Source: a virus (lineage: Duplodnaviria > Caudoviricetes). From it: 50,523 bases of DNA. Under the pieces are notes generated by a model. That model was given only the letters and a program-made list of their open reading frames with translations, was not told the DNA's origin and ran no database searches. Each line of letters opens with the position of its first letter. Positions within the stretch are counted from its first letter, which is position 1. Shown piece after piece: positions 10,938 to 20,504 of this stretch. The position numbers and the translations under genes were made by a program. The DNA is taken from IMG/VR virus record IMGVR_UViG_3300025767_000032, positions 1 to 50,523 of that record. One strand, written 5' to 3'.

Positions 10938-10961
10938 TTAACATAAAAGTTGGAGCATTAA

Positions 10962-13900
10962 ATGGCTGAGTTTAAATTAGGTAGAATTAGATTTGTCTGG
11001 AAAGACAATTGGACATCATCGACTGTATATTACAAAGACGATGTAATTAGAAATGGCGGAAATACGTATGTATGTATTAATGGACATACTAGTTCGTCAG
11101 ATTTTCCGACAGACGCATTAACATACTGGAATAAAACCAGCGATGGACAAGAGTGGAAATCCGACTGGAATGTTAATACATACTATAAAGAAAACGATGT
11201 TGTAAAATACGGCGGCAATTTGTATATTGCAACTATAGCGCATACTAGTGATGCCCTTTCTGCCAACGGATTAGAAGTAAACAACGGAAGAATTTTAACA
11301 GTTGGTACAATTAGTGCTGCTGATGCAGCAAGAACTGAAGGCGTATATCCATTATTGATACCAACAACTAATGGTATAGGGGTAGGCGCTGAAGTTACTG
11401 CAACGGTAGATGGCGCAGGTGCAGTTGTTATTAATATAACAGATGGCGGCTCTTTGTATGAAATCGGCGACACTCTTACACTGACTGATGCACAATTAGG
11501 CGCCGGCGGCGCGGCTGATTTAACGTTCATTGTTGAAACTGTAGATAATAAATGGGATCTGTATGCAGAAGGATTTGACTATAAGTCAAACTGGCATATA
11601 GGAACACGATATAAAATTAACGATATTGTAAAATATAATTCTACTAGTTATATTTGTGTCGAAGAACATACAAGTAACAGCGACGAAGCAGTTGGTCTCG
11701 AAGCAGATCAATCTAAATGGGAAATCTTTTCAAAAGGCGTAGAATGGAAATCTGATTGGGATACTGCAATTAGATACCGAGTTAATGACATTGTAAAATA
11801 CGGCGGACAAGTTTACGTATGTAATGAAGGTCACACTAGTGCTGCAACAGCAGCAGAAGGTCTAGAAGCAGATCAATCTAAATGGGATTATTTTCATAAG
11901 GGAATAGAATATCTAGGTGATTGGGCAAATCCAGTACGTTACAAAATTAACGACATTGTAAAATACGGTGGCGGAGTTTGGATTTGTACAACATTTCACA
12001 CTAGCCAATCTACTTTTGCTGCTGATGAAGCTAACTGGGCGCAGTTTATTGAAGGTTTAGAATTTGAGGATTCGTGGAGCGGCGCAACGACATACCAACC
12101 AGGTGATGTTGTAACATACGGCGGATATAGTTATATTGCAAAAACAAACAACGTAGGTCAAACAGAACCGTCAATTAATACAACTGACTGGGATTTGTTC
12201 ACTACTGGATTTAGCAATCAAGGCAGTTATAATAATGCCACTGCATATAAAGTGGGTGATGTAGTTCAAGTAGGCGGCTGGACATATCTAGCTAAATTAG
12301 CTACTACAGGAAACCGTCCTCCAAATGTTACATATTGGGAAAGATTAAATACCGGAATCGAATGGAACAACGCTTGGACAGACGCAACATATTATGATGC
12401 CGGCGATGCAGTTAGATTTGGTGATAGTAGTTACATTTGTATTTTAGAACATACTTCAGATGAAACAATAACACAAAATCGACCAGATCAAGATGTTACT
12501 GGAATTAATTGGAATATCTTAGCGGCAGGTCCTGAAACTTCAGTATTAACTACTCAAGGTGACATAACTTACTACGGAGGAGCAGGCGCTACTAGATTAG
12601 GCATTGGACTACCTGGGCAAATCTTAAGAGTAGATGGCGCCGGCACAACACCAGAATGGGCTTACTTAGGTGCTGTAAGTCACGTTTATTATGTTTCTAC
12701 AGATAAAGGAGCTGATAGTCCTGCTCCAATTTACGGAACAACTTTAGACCAACCTTGGAAAACTATCCGTTATGCTACAGAACAAGTTCAAAAAGGTCCG
12801 TTGCGTCCTAATGTTAAAACTTTACTTGAATTAAATAGAGGATTTCTTGCAGCAGAAGCTAATGCATGGAAAGATGCACAAATTGTAGCCGGCACTGGTA
12901 TATGGGCAGGGTTCGTTGATCCTGCTCCCGGAAAGTGCGAAAGAGACATGGGCCAGATTATTGATGCTTTAGCCTGGGATCTATCACACGGTGGCAACGC
13001 TCGTATACGAGCTGCTGCATTATCGTATTTCTCTAGTGGTACCCTACTTCCAACTATTGCTGCTGAAGACGAGCAAACAGTTGCAGTAATTAATTATCTA
13101 TTGTCTATAATTGATAGAGTAATTAGTAATTTAGCACCTGATACAACTTATACTGCATTAAACCAAGTTATAAATGCAGAATATGTAGAAGAGACAGGAA
13201 GTCAGACATTAATAAACACACTAGTACAAATTATAACACAATCTATCACAGCAGGCGTAGATACAGGAATACCTGCAGAACGTAAACCTAATAATACAAT
13301 TTTTGTCAAAACTGGCGAATTTGCAGAAGTACTTCCAATAATGGTACCTGAAAATACAGCAGTGGTCGGCGACGAACTTCGTTCAACAAGAATTGTTGCA
13401 GCAGGTAGTTTAGTTGATAGTGCAGATACTCCGTATAGTTTAGATGCTCTTACTAGATTGCAAACTATTATAAGCGATATTGTTACTGCTCCAGGTAACG
13501 TTGTAAAAACTACAGGAAACTTATTAGATCCTGTAGAAACTGCACCTGTAGGAAGTGCAGGCGCAGGCACGTTTGCAACAGAACTAGTACAACAGATTTA
13601 CGATTATGTAGACTGGGGTGTAAACGGTGCAACTAGTGATAGTACAGTTCCTTTAACATATGGATCAAATATTCCAAACACAACAACAGATTATACATAT
13701 GCTGTTGAATCTATTGAAGCTAACAGAGCATTTATAGTAGCAGAAGTTGCAGCATATATTGCAGACACATATCCTGCATATGTTTATGACGAAGTTGCAT
13801 GTGCAAGAGATATTAATGCATACTTAGATGCTATTAAGTATGACTTGATTTACACAGGTAACTATAAATCATTATTTGCTGCAAAATATTATGTAAATGC

Positions 13901-15989
13901 AGTCAACGGATCTACATTAGAAGATATGTTCTATCTTCGAAATGGTACAGGGTTAAGAAACTGCACAGTTGCAGGCCTAAATGGCACATTAGGAGCAGCA
14001 AATGCTTACGGAACCAAGCGTCCAACTGCTGGAGCCTACACAAGCTTAGATCCAGGCTGGGGCCCAGACGACACAACTGTTTGGATTACTAATAAGTCTC
14101 CGTATGTACAAAACGTAACTACTTTTGGTGTAGGATGTGTTGGTTGTAAGATTGACGGCGCACTACACAATGGCGGCAACGACTCTATTGTTTCAAACGA
14201 CTTTACACAAATTTTAAGTGATGGCATTGGTGTATGGTGTACTAACCTAGCAAGAACAGAACTTGTATCTGTGTTCTCATACTACGGACATATCGGTTAC
14301 CTAGCAGAGAACGGTGGTAAGATTCGTGCTACAAATGGTAACAGTTCATACGGTGCATTTGGCACTGTTGCTGAAGGAGTTGATGATACCGAAGTACCGA
14401 TTAATGGCAAGGTTAATAACTACTCATTCCAGGCAGTAGTAGCAGATGTATTTACTAATGGTAATCAAATTTTAACACTTGAATATCTAAATGCAGGTGT
14501 AAATTATACTGCTGGTAGTACTACTATAACTCCTTCAGGAGAAGGATATAATGCAGTAATAGATGCTGTAACTACAACGGACGGCGGCGTCTTTGAGGTA
14601 AGATTATTAGATACTAGTGATGACTTCGGTGGCGCAGACTATGTTACTGCAACAAATGCTGCTCAGGCAGGTACTAATACACAGATAACATTATCTAATA
14701 CTGATATTGCACAAAGTGGTGTTTATAACGGCATGGCAGTGTTTATTAAGTCCGGAGTAGGCGCTGGACAATATGCTTATATTGATAGTTATAACAGTGG
14801 TACAAAAATTGCAACAGTCAAAAAAATGAGTGATGATAGCGCAGGCTGGGATCATTTAATAGGCAGTGCAATTGAAACTGTATTAGATTCGACTACTACT
14901 TATTTTATTGAACCACGGATTTCGTTTGCTGCGCCACCTAGTGGACTTTATGCAGATACTGCAAAAGGCAGAGCAGTAATCGAAGCAGGTCAAATAGCTA
15001 GAATACAATTATGGGACCCAGGTACCGGATACATTGTAGCACCTGCACTAACTATAACTGATCCAAATAATACTGTTGAGGCTCCTACACAAGTTAGAAT
15101 AGGTAACGGAGTTTTACGTCAACCTACATGGACTAATAGAGGTTTAGGATTTATAACAGCCACTGCTACCATATCAGGCGATGGCTACGCTGATTTATAT
15201 CAGCCAGGACAGTTCTTAAAAGTTAGTAATTTATCATCGGCACCTTTACCAGGATCAAATATATCATTTGCTGATCTACCTGGACAGTTCTTTAGATTAG
15301 TTGCTGTTAGAGACTTGGTACCTACAGGAGATACATTTGCTGCAAACTTCCAACTTTCACCTGATATTACAGTAACCGATGCGTTAGAACATAATGCTGA
15401 TCTTAATCTACGTATTCGTTATTCTCAAGTACGTCTAACAGGACACGACTTTTTAGATATCGGCACTGGAAATTTTGAAAACACTAACTATCCAGGCATA
15501 CCGTTAATTTCTCCAGACAGCACTAAAGAAACTAATGATTTAGGCGGCGGACGAGTATTCTATACAAGTACTGACCAAGATGGTAACTTTAGAGTCGGTG
15601 AGTTGTTCAGTGTTGAACAATCAACCGGTGTTGCAACATTGAATGCAGATGCATTTAACATTACTGGGCTAAATGAACTTAGCTTAGGTAATTTAAGTTT
15701 AGGCGGCACAGGCGCAGTTATTAACGAATTTAGCACAGACGGAACATTTGTTGCAAACAGTGACAACATCGTGCCTACACAAAAGGCAATTAGAACTTAT
15801 ATTACATCACAAATAGGTGGCGGAGCTGCCACACTTAACGTAAATAGTATTACTGCCGGACGTATAGAAATATCTGGACAACAGATAACAACTACAACAG
15901 GTGAACAAATTAACATGTTACAAAAGATAAATTTTGCAGCAGGTGTTGACGGCGTACCGGTTGCAATGAATTACTTTTTACTATCATAA
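10962..15989 (+). CDS. Giant tail fibre-like protein (1675 aa), full-length paralogue of 5746..10923
   Basis: Same MAxFxLxRIRFxWK start, eight repeats, KSPYVQNVTTFG core and YSQxRLTGHDFLDIGTGN...GGRVFYTSTDQDGNFRVGELF C-terminal block. Confidence 0.75.
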   Translation: MAEFKLGRIRFVWKDNWTSSTVYYKDDVIRNGGNTYVCINGHTSSSDFPTDALTYWNKTSDGQEWKSDWNVNTYYKENDVVKYGGNLYIATIAHTSDALSANGLEVNNGRILTVGTISAADAARTEGVYPLLIPTTNGIGVGAEVTATVDGAGAVVINITDGGSLYEIGDTLTLTDAQLGAGGAADLTFIVETVDNKWDLYAEGFDYKSNWHIGTRYKINDIVKYNSTSYICVEEHTSNSDEAVGLEADQSKWEIFSKGVEWKSDWDTAIRYRVNDIVKYGGQVYVCNEGHTSAATAAEGLEADQSKWDYFHKGIEYLGDWANPVRYKINDIVKYGGGVWICTTFHTSQSTFAADEANWAQFIEGLEFEDSWSGATTYQPGDVVTYGGYSYIAKTNNVGQTEPSINTTDWDLFTTGFSNQGSYNNATAYKVGDVVQVGGWTYLAKLATTGNRPPNVTYWERLNTGIEWNNAWTDATYYDAGDAVRFGDSSYICILEHTSDETITQNRPDQDVTGINWNILAAGPETSVLTTQGDITYYGGAGATRLGIGLPGQILRVDGAGTTPEWAYLGAVSHVYYVSTDKGADSPAPIYGTTLDQPWKTIRYATEQVQKGPLRPNVKTLLELNRGFLAAEANAWKDAQIVAGTGIWAGFVDPAPGKCERDMGQIIDALAWDLSHGGNARIRAAALSYFSSGTLLPTIAAEDEQTVAVINYLLSIIDRVISNLAPDTTYTALNQVINAEYVEETGSQTLINTLVQIITQSITAGVDTGIPAERKPNNTIFVKTGEFAEVLPIMVPENTAVVGDELRSTRIVAAGSLVDSADTPYSLDALTRLQTIISDIVTAPGNVVKTTGNLLDPVETAPVGSAGAGTFATELVQQIYDYVDWGVNGATSDSTVPLTYGSNIPNTTTDYTYAVESIEANRAFIVAEVAAYIADTYPAYVYDEVACARDINAYLDAIKYDLIYTGNYKSLFAAKYYVNAVNGSTLEDMFYLRNGTGLRNCTVAGLNGTLGAANAYGTKRPTAGAYTSLDPGWGPDDTTVWITNKSPYVQNVTTFGVGCVGCKIDGALHNGGNDSIVSNDFTQILSDGIGVWCTNLARTELVSVFSYYGHIGYLAENGGKIRATNGNSSYGAFGTVAEGVDDTEVPINGKVNNYSFQAVVADVFTNGNQILTLEYLNAGVNYTAGSTTITPSGEGYNAVIDAVTTTDGGVFEVRLLDTSDDFGGADYVTATNAAQAGTNTQITLSNTDIAQSGVYNGMAVFIKSGVGAGQYAYIDSYNSGTKIATVKKMSDDSAGWDHLIGSAIETVLDSTTTYFIEPRISFAAPPSGLYADTAKGRAVIEAGQIARIQLWDPGTGYIVAPALTITDPNNTVEAPTQVRIGNGVLRQPTWTNRGLGFITATATISGDGYADLYQPGQFLKVSNLSSAPLPGSNISFADLPGQFFRLVAVRDLVPTGDTFAANFQLSPDITVTDALEHNADLNLRIRYSQVRLTGHDFLDIGTGNFENTNYPGIPLISPDSTKETNDLGGGRVFYTSTDQDGNFRVGELFSVEQSTGVATLNADAFNITGLNELSLGNLSLGGTGAVINEFSTDGTFVANSDNIVPTQKAIRTYITSQIGGGAATLNVNSITAGRIEISGQQITTTTGEQINMLQKINFAAGVDGVPVAMNYFLLS
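11700..11887 (+). repeat. Identical 23-nt direct repeat GAAGCAGATCAATCTAAATGGGA (11700-11722 and 11865-11887)
   Basis: Seen directly; 165-nt spacing equals one 55-aa protein repeat. Confidence 0.85.
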
Positions 15990-16002
15990 TGGAGATTAGA
16001 AA

Positions 16003-16323
16003 ATGGCTACAGGAAGATTAGGAACTGCGGATATAGCAGCAGACACACTTACAACACTTTATACCTGCCCGGACGATACGTTCGCAGTTACAAGTGTATC
16101 AATATGCAATCGAGGAAACTCTGCGAATTCAATTCGATTAGCAGTTGCATCACTAGATACTCCTACACTAGGAGAATATTTAGAATATGATGTAGAAATA
16201 CTTGCTAAAGGCGTACTAGAAAGAACTGGTATTGTCTTAAGTGCTGGAAACAAATTAGTTGTAAGATCATCGAGTCCAAATGTCAGCGCAGTTGCTTTTG
16301 GAATTGAGACCTCAACGATATAA
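16003..16323 (+). CDS. Small virion structural protein (106 aa)
   Basis: RBS GGAG; TTLYTCP...SICNRG...LERTGIVL...VAFGIE pattern typical of small fibre-associated proteins of large myoviruses. Confidence 0.6.
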   Translation: MATGRLGTADIAADTLTTLYTCPDDTFAVTSVSICNRGNSANSIRLAVASLDTPTLGEYLEYDVEILAKGVLERTGIVLSAGNKLVVRSSSPNVSAVAFGIETSTI

Positions 16324-16326
16324 ATA
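16319..16326 (+). promoter_or_regulatory. T4 late promoter consensus TATAAATA
   Basis: Exact T4 late consensus overlapping the upstream stop, ahead of the AAGGA RBS. Confidence 0.75.
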
Positions 16327-16348
16327 CATTAACAAAGGAATTACCATT

Positions 16349-16681
16349 ATGGGAAGATATATATCAACAACAGGAACTGCAAATATTGTAACTAGAGAAA
16401 TTTCTACTACATATCAAGCAGTTTCCGCCGACAGACTAATATGTAATGCAAGCGGCGCGCCATTTACTATAACATTACCAGCAGTTGCTGATGTAATGGT
16501 AGGCGATCAAATACAAATTATTGATGCAGCTAGTCAATTTGCAACAAACAACATTACTGTAGATAGAAACGGTGCCTTGATTGGCGGCGCAGCAGAAGAC
16601 TTGACATTAGACGTAATAGGGTCAGTAGTAACATTGTTATACACTGGTGCAACATATGGTTGGGTAATTGTAAGTACTTAA
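16349..16681 (+). CDS. Stand-alone domain resembling the N-terminal repeat of T4 proximal long tail fibre gp34 (110 aa)
   Basis: Start moved to ATG 16349 (after promoter and RBS); GAPFTITLPA...GDQIQIID...FATNNITVDRNG...TLLY...GW motif. Confidence 0.6.
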   Translation: MGRYISTTGTANIVTREISTTYQAVSADRLICNASGAPFTITLPAVADVMVGDQIQIIDAASQFATNNITVDRNGALIGGAAEDLTLDVIGSVVTLLYTGATYGWVIVST

Positions 16682-16709
16682 TTGTACATGAATTAGGGAT
16701 TAAAATTTT

Positions 16710-17714
16710 ATGGCTTCATTATCAGAATTACTAAGAACTCGACAAACTGCAGAAGGTATTGAAACAAATCTGCAACCCGGAGACGTGTTTTATTTTAATC
16801 CGGGAACAGGAACAAGCAATTCGTTTGCTCCCGGTGTAAGTCGTTCTTGGACACCTACAAGAACGGGTTCCGCAGTTATCGAAGTATGGGGAGCCAGCGG
16901 AAGTGCAGGCAAACAATGCTGTTGCGGAAACGGCGTCGGAGGAAATCCTGGTGCATATTCAAAGAAAGTGTTTACAAGTGTAACACCGTCAGACACGTTT
17001 ACTATGGTACTAGGACAAAGTTGTGCAAACAATCAACTATGTTATAAAGGCGTAAGTGAACCAACCTTATTTTGTTGGACAGTAGACGGAACTCCTGGAG
17101 TTATATGTGCTCAAGGCGGCAATGGCGGTACATCAGCATGCTCAACAAGCAGCCAGCCGATGATGTGTTGTCTTGCTAGTGTAGGATGCTTATGCAAGAT
17201 GAATTTCGAGTCACAGTCTGCACCGTACGAAAGCATAGGCGCTGGTTGCGGTATGGTATGTAATTATAGATGTGACGTTACAGGCGGGTGCATTGCAACC
17301 GCATGCGGCGGCGATATAAACAAAGACGGCGGATTTTCGTGTACATCTTTCCATCATTGCCAAGGATGTTGTATGTGTTACGTTACACATCACGTAAGAA
17401 CATCACCTGGAATATTTTCACAGGACGGAAATCTTATAAACATAGTAATGGAATGCGGAGAAGGATACTCTAGGGTATCTGGTAACGGTATACACCAATT
17501 GATGTCGGGTCTTAATAATCTGAGTAGACATCCAGTGCATGGTATGCCGCCTTCGCCGTGCTGGTCCAACCGTCGATGCAGTTGCTATGAAGACACATTA
17601 TGTAGTAGTTGGTTGCCTCATGGCGTTCCTGGAATTCCTAGTACTCCTTGCAATGATGTTAGAGACTACGGTTTCAGAGGTGGTCACGGCGCAGTCAGAA
17701 TTACGTTAATATAA
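16710..17714 (+). CDS. Cys-rich, Gly-rich adhesin-like protein 1
   Basis: About 28 Cys in 334 aa; IEVWGASGS..CCCG..GNPGAY / CAQGG.GG / GGDIN / RGGHGAVRI motifs. Confidence 0.7.
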   Translation: MASLSELLRTRQTAEGIETNLQPGDVFYFNPGTGTSNSFAPGVSRSWTPTRTGSAVIEVWGASGSAGKQCCCGNGVGGNPGAYSKKVFTSVTPSDTFTMVLGQSCANNQLCYKGVSEPTLFCWTVDGTPGVICAQGGNGGTSACSTSSQPMMCCLASVGCLCKMNFESQSAPYESIGAGCGMVCNYRCDVTGGCIATACGGDINKDGGFSCTSFHHCQGCCMCYVTHHVRTSPGIFSQDGNLINIVMECGEGYSRVSGNGIHQLMSGLNNLSRHPVHGMPPSPCWSNRRCSCYEDTLCSSWLPHGVPGIPSTPCNDVRDYGFRGGHGAVRITLI

Positions 17715-17732
17715 TAAATAGGAAAAAAGATA

Positions 17733-18767
17733 ATGCCAGTACTAAGTGAAATAATATCAGCTAAATTAAGCGGAGGCGGTGCAATTGCCGAAGAAGATAA
17801 TTTAGAACAAGGTCAAATATTTGTATACTCTCCGAATAAGTACAATAGAGGTCCGGCAGGCTATGGGGAATGTCAAGTTTGGAAATCACCGGGCTCAGGC
17901 ACTGCTACAGTTGAAGTATGGGGCGCAGGCGGCTCAAGCGGAAAAATGTGCTGCTGCGGCGCCGGAATTCCAGGTAACCCAGGAGCGTATCTAAAGAAAA
18001 CTATCACAGTAGATAGTGATACGTGGATACGTGGATATCCTGGCAGATCCTGCTCAAACGATAACCTGTGCTTTAAAGGATGTAGTGAAAGTTCTTGCTT
18101 TACAATATGCTCGCCGAACGGCGGCCTTAGCGGACTGGGTGGAGCAAATTGTATTTGTTTATGTGCTCAGGGCGGCGTAGGAGGCATGACATTCTGTAGT
18201 GGTAGTAGTCAAAACTCGTGCTGCTATAGTGCAAATGGTTATTGTTGTAGAGCAGTATCAAGTAACGCAGGCGCTGCATGTTTCTTAATTTGTAACGTCG
18301 GGTATTTTGACGGTAAGTGCGCATATGGCGGCGACATAAATTGCCACAGCGGTGTGCCTGGCGGATGTATGTTTTCATGCGCTTCTTTTGGCAGTTGTTA
18401 CGATTATAAATGCGGCGGCCAATATGATCACGTAGCATACCCTCCGGGGATTATTAGTAAAGACGGCGGCGTTGTAACATTCCAAAGAGAATGTTACTCA
18501 AATGCATATGACGGCACAGGTGATGGACTTCATCAATTAATCGGAGCATTAAGTTTTGCAGGTAGAAATTCGTCTATCGGCGGGCAGCTATATACAAGTT
18601 GCTGGAGTAGTCACAGACAATGCGGATGCTATGAATGGAACCATTGCGTACCGCACTTGCCGTTTGGCGTACCGGGATACGGTGCTAATGCAGAAGGCAG
18701 TGTTAGAGACTATGGAGTCCGCGGTGGACACGGCGCAATTAGAATTAAATTCGTAGCGGCATCATAA
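17733..18767 (+). CDS. Cys-rich, Gly-rich adhesin-like protein 2
   Basis: About 30 Cys in 344 aa; same motif series as its neighbours. Confidence 0.7.
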   Translation: MPVLSEIISAKLSGGGAIAEEDNLEQGQIFVYSPNKYNRGPAGYGECQVWKSPGSGTATVEVWGAGGSSGKMCCCGAGIPGNPGAYLKKTITVDSDTWIRGYPGRSCSNDNLCFKGCSESSCFTICSPNGGLSGLGGANCICLCAQGGVGGMTFCSGSSQNSCCYSANGYCCRAVSSNAGAACFLICNVGYFDGKCAYGGDINCHSGVPGGCMFSCASFGSCYDYKCGGQYDHVAYPPGIISKDGGVVTFQRECYSNAYDGTGDGLHQLIGALSFAGRNSSIGGQLYTSCWSSHRQCGCYEWNHCVPHLPFGVPGYGANAEGSVRDYGVRGGHGAIRIKFVAAS

Positions 18768-18782
18768 CAAGGAAAATTAAAT

Positions 18783-19766
18783 ATGGCAAATCTTAGTACA
18801 TTATTAGGCAAGCTTTCGGAATCAAATTCAGTTGAAACTAACTTAGAACAAGGTCAGGTGTATGCTTATACACAAGGCACACAAAGTTCGCCATTCCATA
18901 TTGGAATTGAATTTAGACATTTTACTGCATGCGGAACAGCAGAAATTGAAGTTTGGGGTGCAAGCGGCAGCGGCAGTAGAATGTGCTGTTGCGGCATAGG
19001 ACTTCCTGGCAATCCTGGTGCATATTCAAAGAAAGTGGTTAGAGTAAATCCTAGTAGTTTCCTTTGTTTTCAAACTGGTATGTCCTGCGGAAACGCAAGT
19101 GCTCTTTGTATGCGAGGATGCAGTGAAGCAACCTGCATGACACTATGTACTCTAGACGCAAACAATAATAATACATGTACTTGTATATGTGCTCAAGGCG
19201 GCATGGCTGGACAAAGTTATTGTACAGAAAGTTGCAGTGTAATGTGTAGATATATGAGTTGTAATAACTGCGCAACACAAATTGGTAGTGCCGGTTGCGG
19301 CATCATATGTAATTACGGAACTTCATATAATTGGATACCTAGTGCCTATGGCGGAGACATAAATTGTTCAGGCGGATTTAGCTGTTTAACATTCTTAGCT
19401 TGTAATAGTTGCTGTATTTGTTACGCTACTGCACATGTAACAACATCTGCAGGAGTATTCAGTTTAAAACCGCAGCAGTTTGAATACAAATATGAACCAA
19501 ACGGTGAAAAATCACAATGGAATAACAGTGTTGATCAATATTTTAGAAGCTTAGGTGCAATGACTAAAAGTCCAGTAACTGCTATGCCAATGAGTAAATG
19601 CTATGGTAGTAACCAGTATTGCGGATGTTACGAATACCAAGGTTGTAATGTAATGGTAGCACCGGGAATACCAGGCCATGGTGGCACACCGTGCGCTGGC
19701 GTTAGAGATCACGGAATGCGCGGCGGCCATGGTGGCGTAAAAATTAAATTTATACCAAATAGTTAA
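18783..19766 (+). CDS. Cys-rich, Gly-rich adhesin-like protein 3
   Basis: About 31 Cys in 327 aa; same motif series; RBS AAGGA. Confidence 0.7.
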   Translation: MANLSTLLGKLSESNSVETNLEQGQVYAYTQGTQSSPFHIGIEFRHFTACGTAEIEVWGASGSGSRMCCCGIGLPGNPGAYSKKVVRVNPSSFLCFQTGMSCGNASALCMRGCSEATCMTLCTLDANNNNTCTCICAQGGMAGQSYCTESCSVMCRYMSCNNCATQIGSAGCGIICNYGTSYNWIPSAYGGDINCSGGFSCLTFLACNSCCICYATAHVTTSAGVFSLKPQQFEYKYEPNGEKSQWNNSVDQYFRSLGAMTKSPVTAMPMSKCYGSNQYCGCYEYQGCNVMVAPGIPGHGGTPCAGVRDHGMRGGHGGVKIKFIPNS

Positions 19767-19778
19767 GGAAATTAAATT

Positions 19779-20399
19779 ATGGAAAAAACAGTTAAAGTGG
19801 CTATGCCAAATCAGCCAATGGTCCAAGATACGTCAGATGGCAATACAGTATCTATAACGTATAGCGGAAGACGATATCTTGTTGTAAGTACATCAAAGGT
19901 AGATAATGTAGTTCAGTGTGTTGAAGGAAGCTTTGATAGCTTAGATGCATTTGATTTATCAGATTTCGTTGACGATAAAACAAACTTTCATGTTCTAGAT
20001 GCAGATGTACATACTGCAATTGCAGCATGGTTAACTGAAGGTTACACAAACGAAGAAGTTGCTAATTACGAAGAAACACTTCCTACTGGAGAAATATACA
20101 ATTATCCATACTCTACTGAAGGAATTATTGATGTAATATGGGACGATTGTAATTTTGTATATGATTCAGCAACCGGCAATTATTCTGGATTAGAATATCG
20201 AAAACCAATAACACAAGAGCAATGGGATACAGGTATACAGTTAAACAAAGAGTGGATAGAATCTGTTGATACTGCTACTCTAAGTGAAGAACAAGCAGCA
20301 GAATTTGCTACGTTCTCCGATTGGTATACAAACGTAGCAACAACATATGCTGGCGTAGATTATTGGAAAATTCCACAACCTTCAAGACCTAGAATCTAA
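19779..20399 (+). CDS. Acidic protein, possible tail-fibre assembly chaperone
   Basis: Follows the adhesin-like genes; C-terminal helix then WKIPQPSRP resembles the W-P-x-x-P ending of tail-fibre assembly proteins. Confidence 0.4.
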   Translation: MEKTVKVAMPNQPMVQDTSDGNTVSITYSGRRYLVVSTSKVDNVVQCVEGSFDSLDAFDLSDFVDDKTNFHVLDADVHTAIAAWLTEGYTNEEVANYEETLPTGEIYNYPYSTEGIIDVIWDDCNFVYDSATGNYSGLEYRKPITQEQWDTGIQLNKEWIESVDTATLSEEQAAEFATFSDWYTNVATTYAGVDYWKIPQPSRPRI

Positions 20400-20417
20400 T
20401 CTTAGCAAGCCAAATTT

Positions 20418-20504
20418 AAAAACGCTTTTGATCGACCCCGATAAGTAATAATACTAGCACTAACTAGACTTAGAGAGGAATTACATGAGATCGAAAGCGT
20501 TTTT
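20418..20504 (+). promoter_or_regulatory. 16-bp inverted repeat enclosing a late-promoter variant (ATAAGTA 20441-20447), the RBS and the start codon
   Basis: AAAAACGCTTTTGATC (20418-20433) pairs with GATCGAAAGCGTTTTT (20489-20504) with one G-U. Confidence 0.7.

Noticed and set aside
5790-12520. Periodic repeats as a possible CRISPR array or DGR template/variable pair
   Set aside because: Repeats are in-frame, degenerate at codon third positions and protein-level; no spacers, reverse transcriptase or adenine-specific variation.
16710-19766. Selenoprotein or stop-codon recoding in the Cys-rich genes
   Set aside because: All three ORFs are uninterrupted in the standard code and genes across the window are full length.
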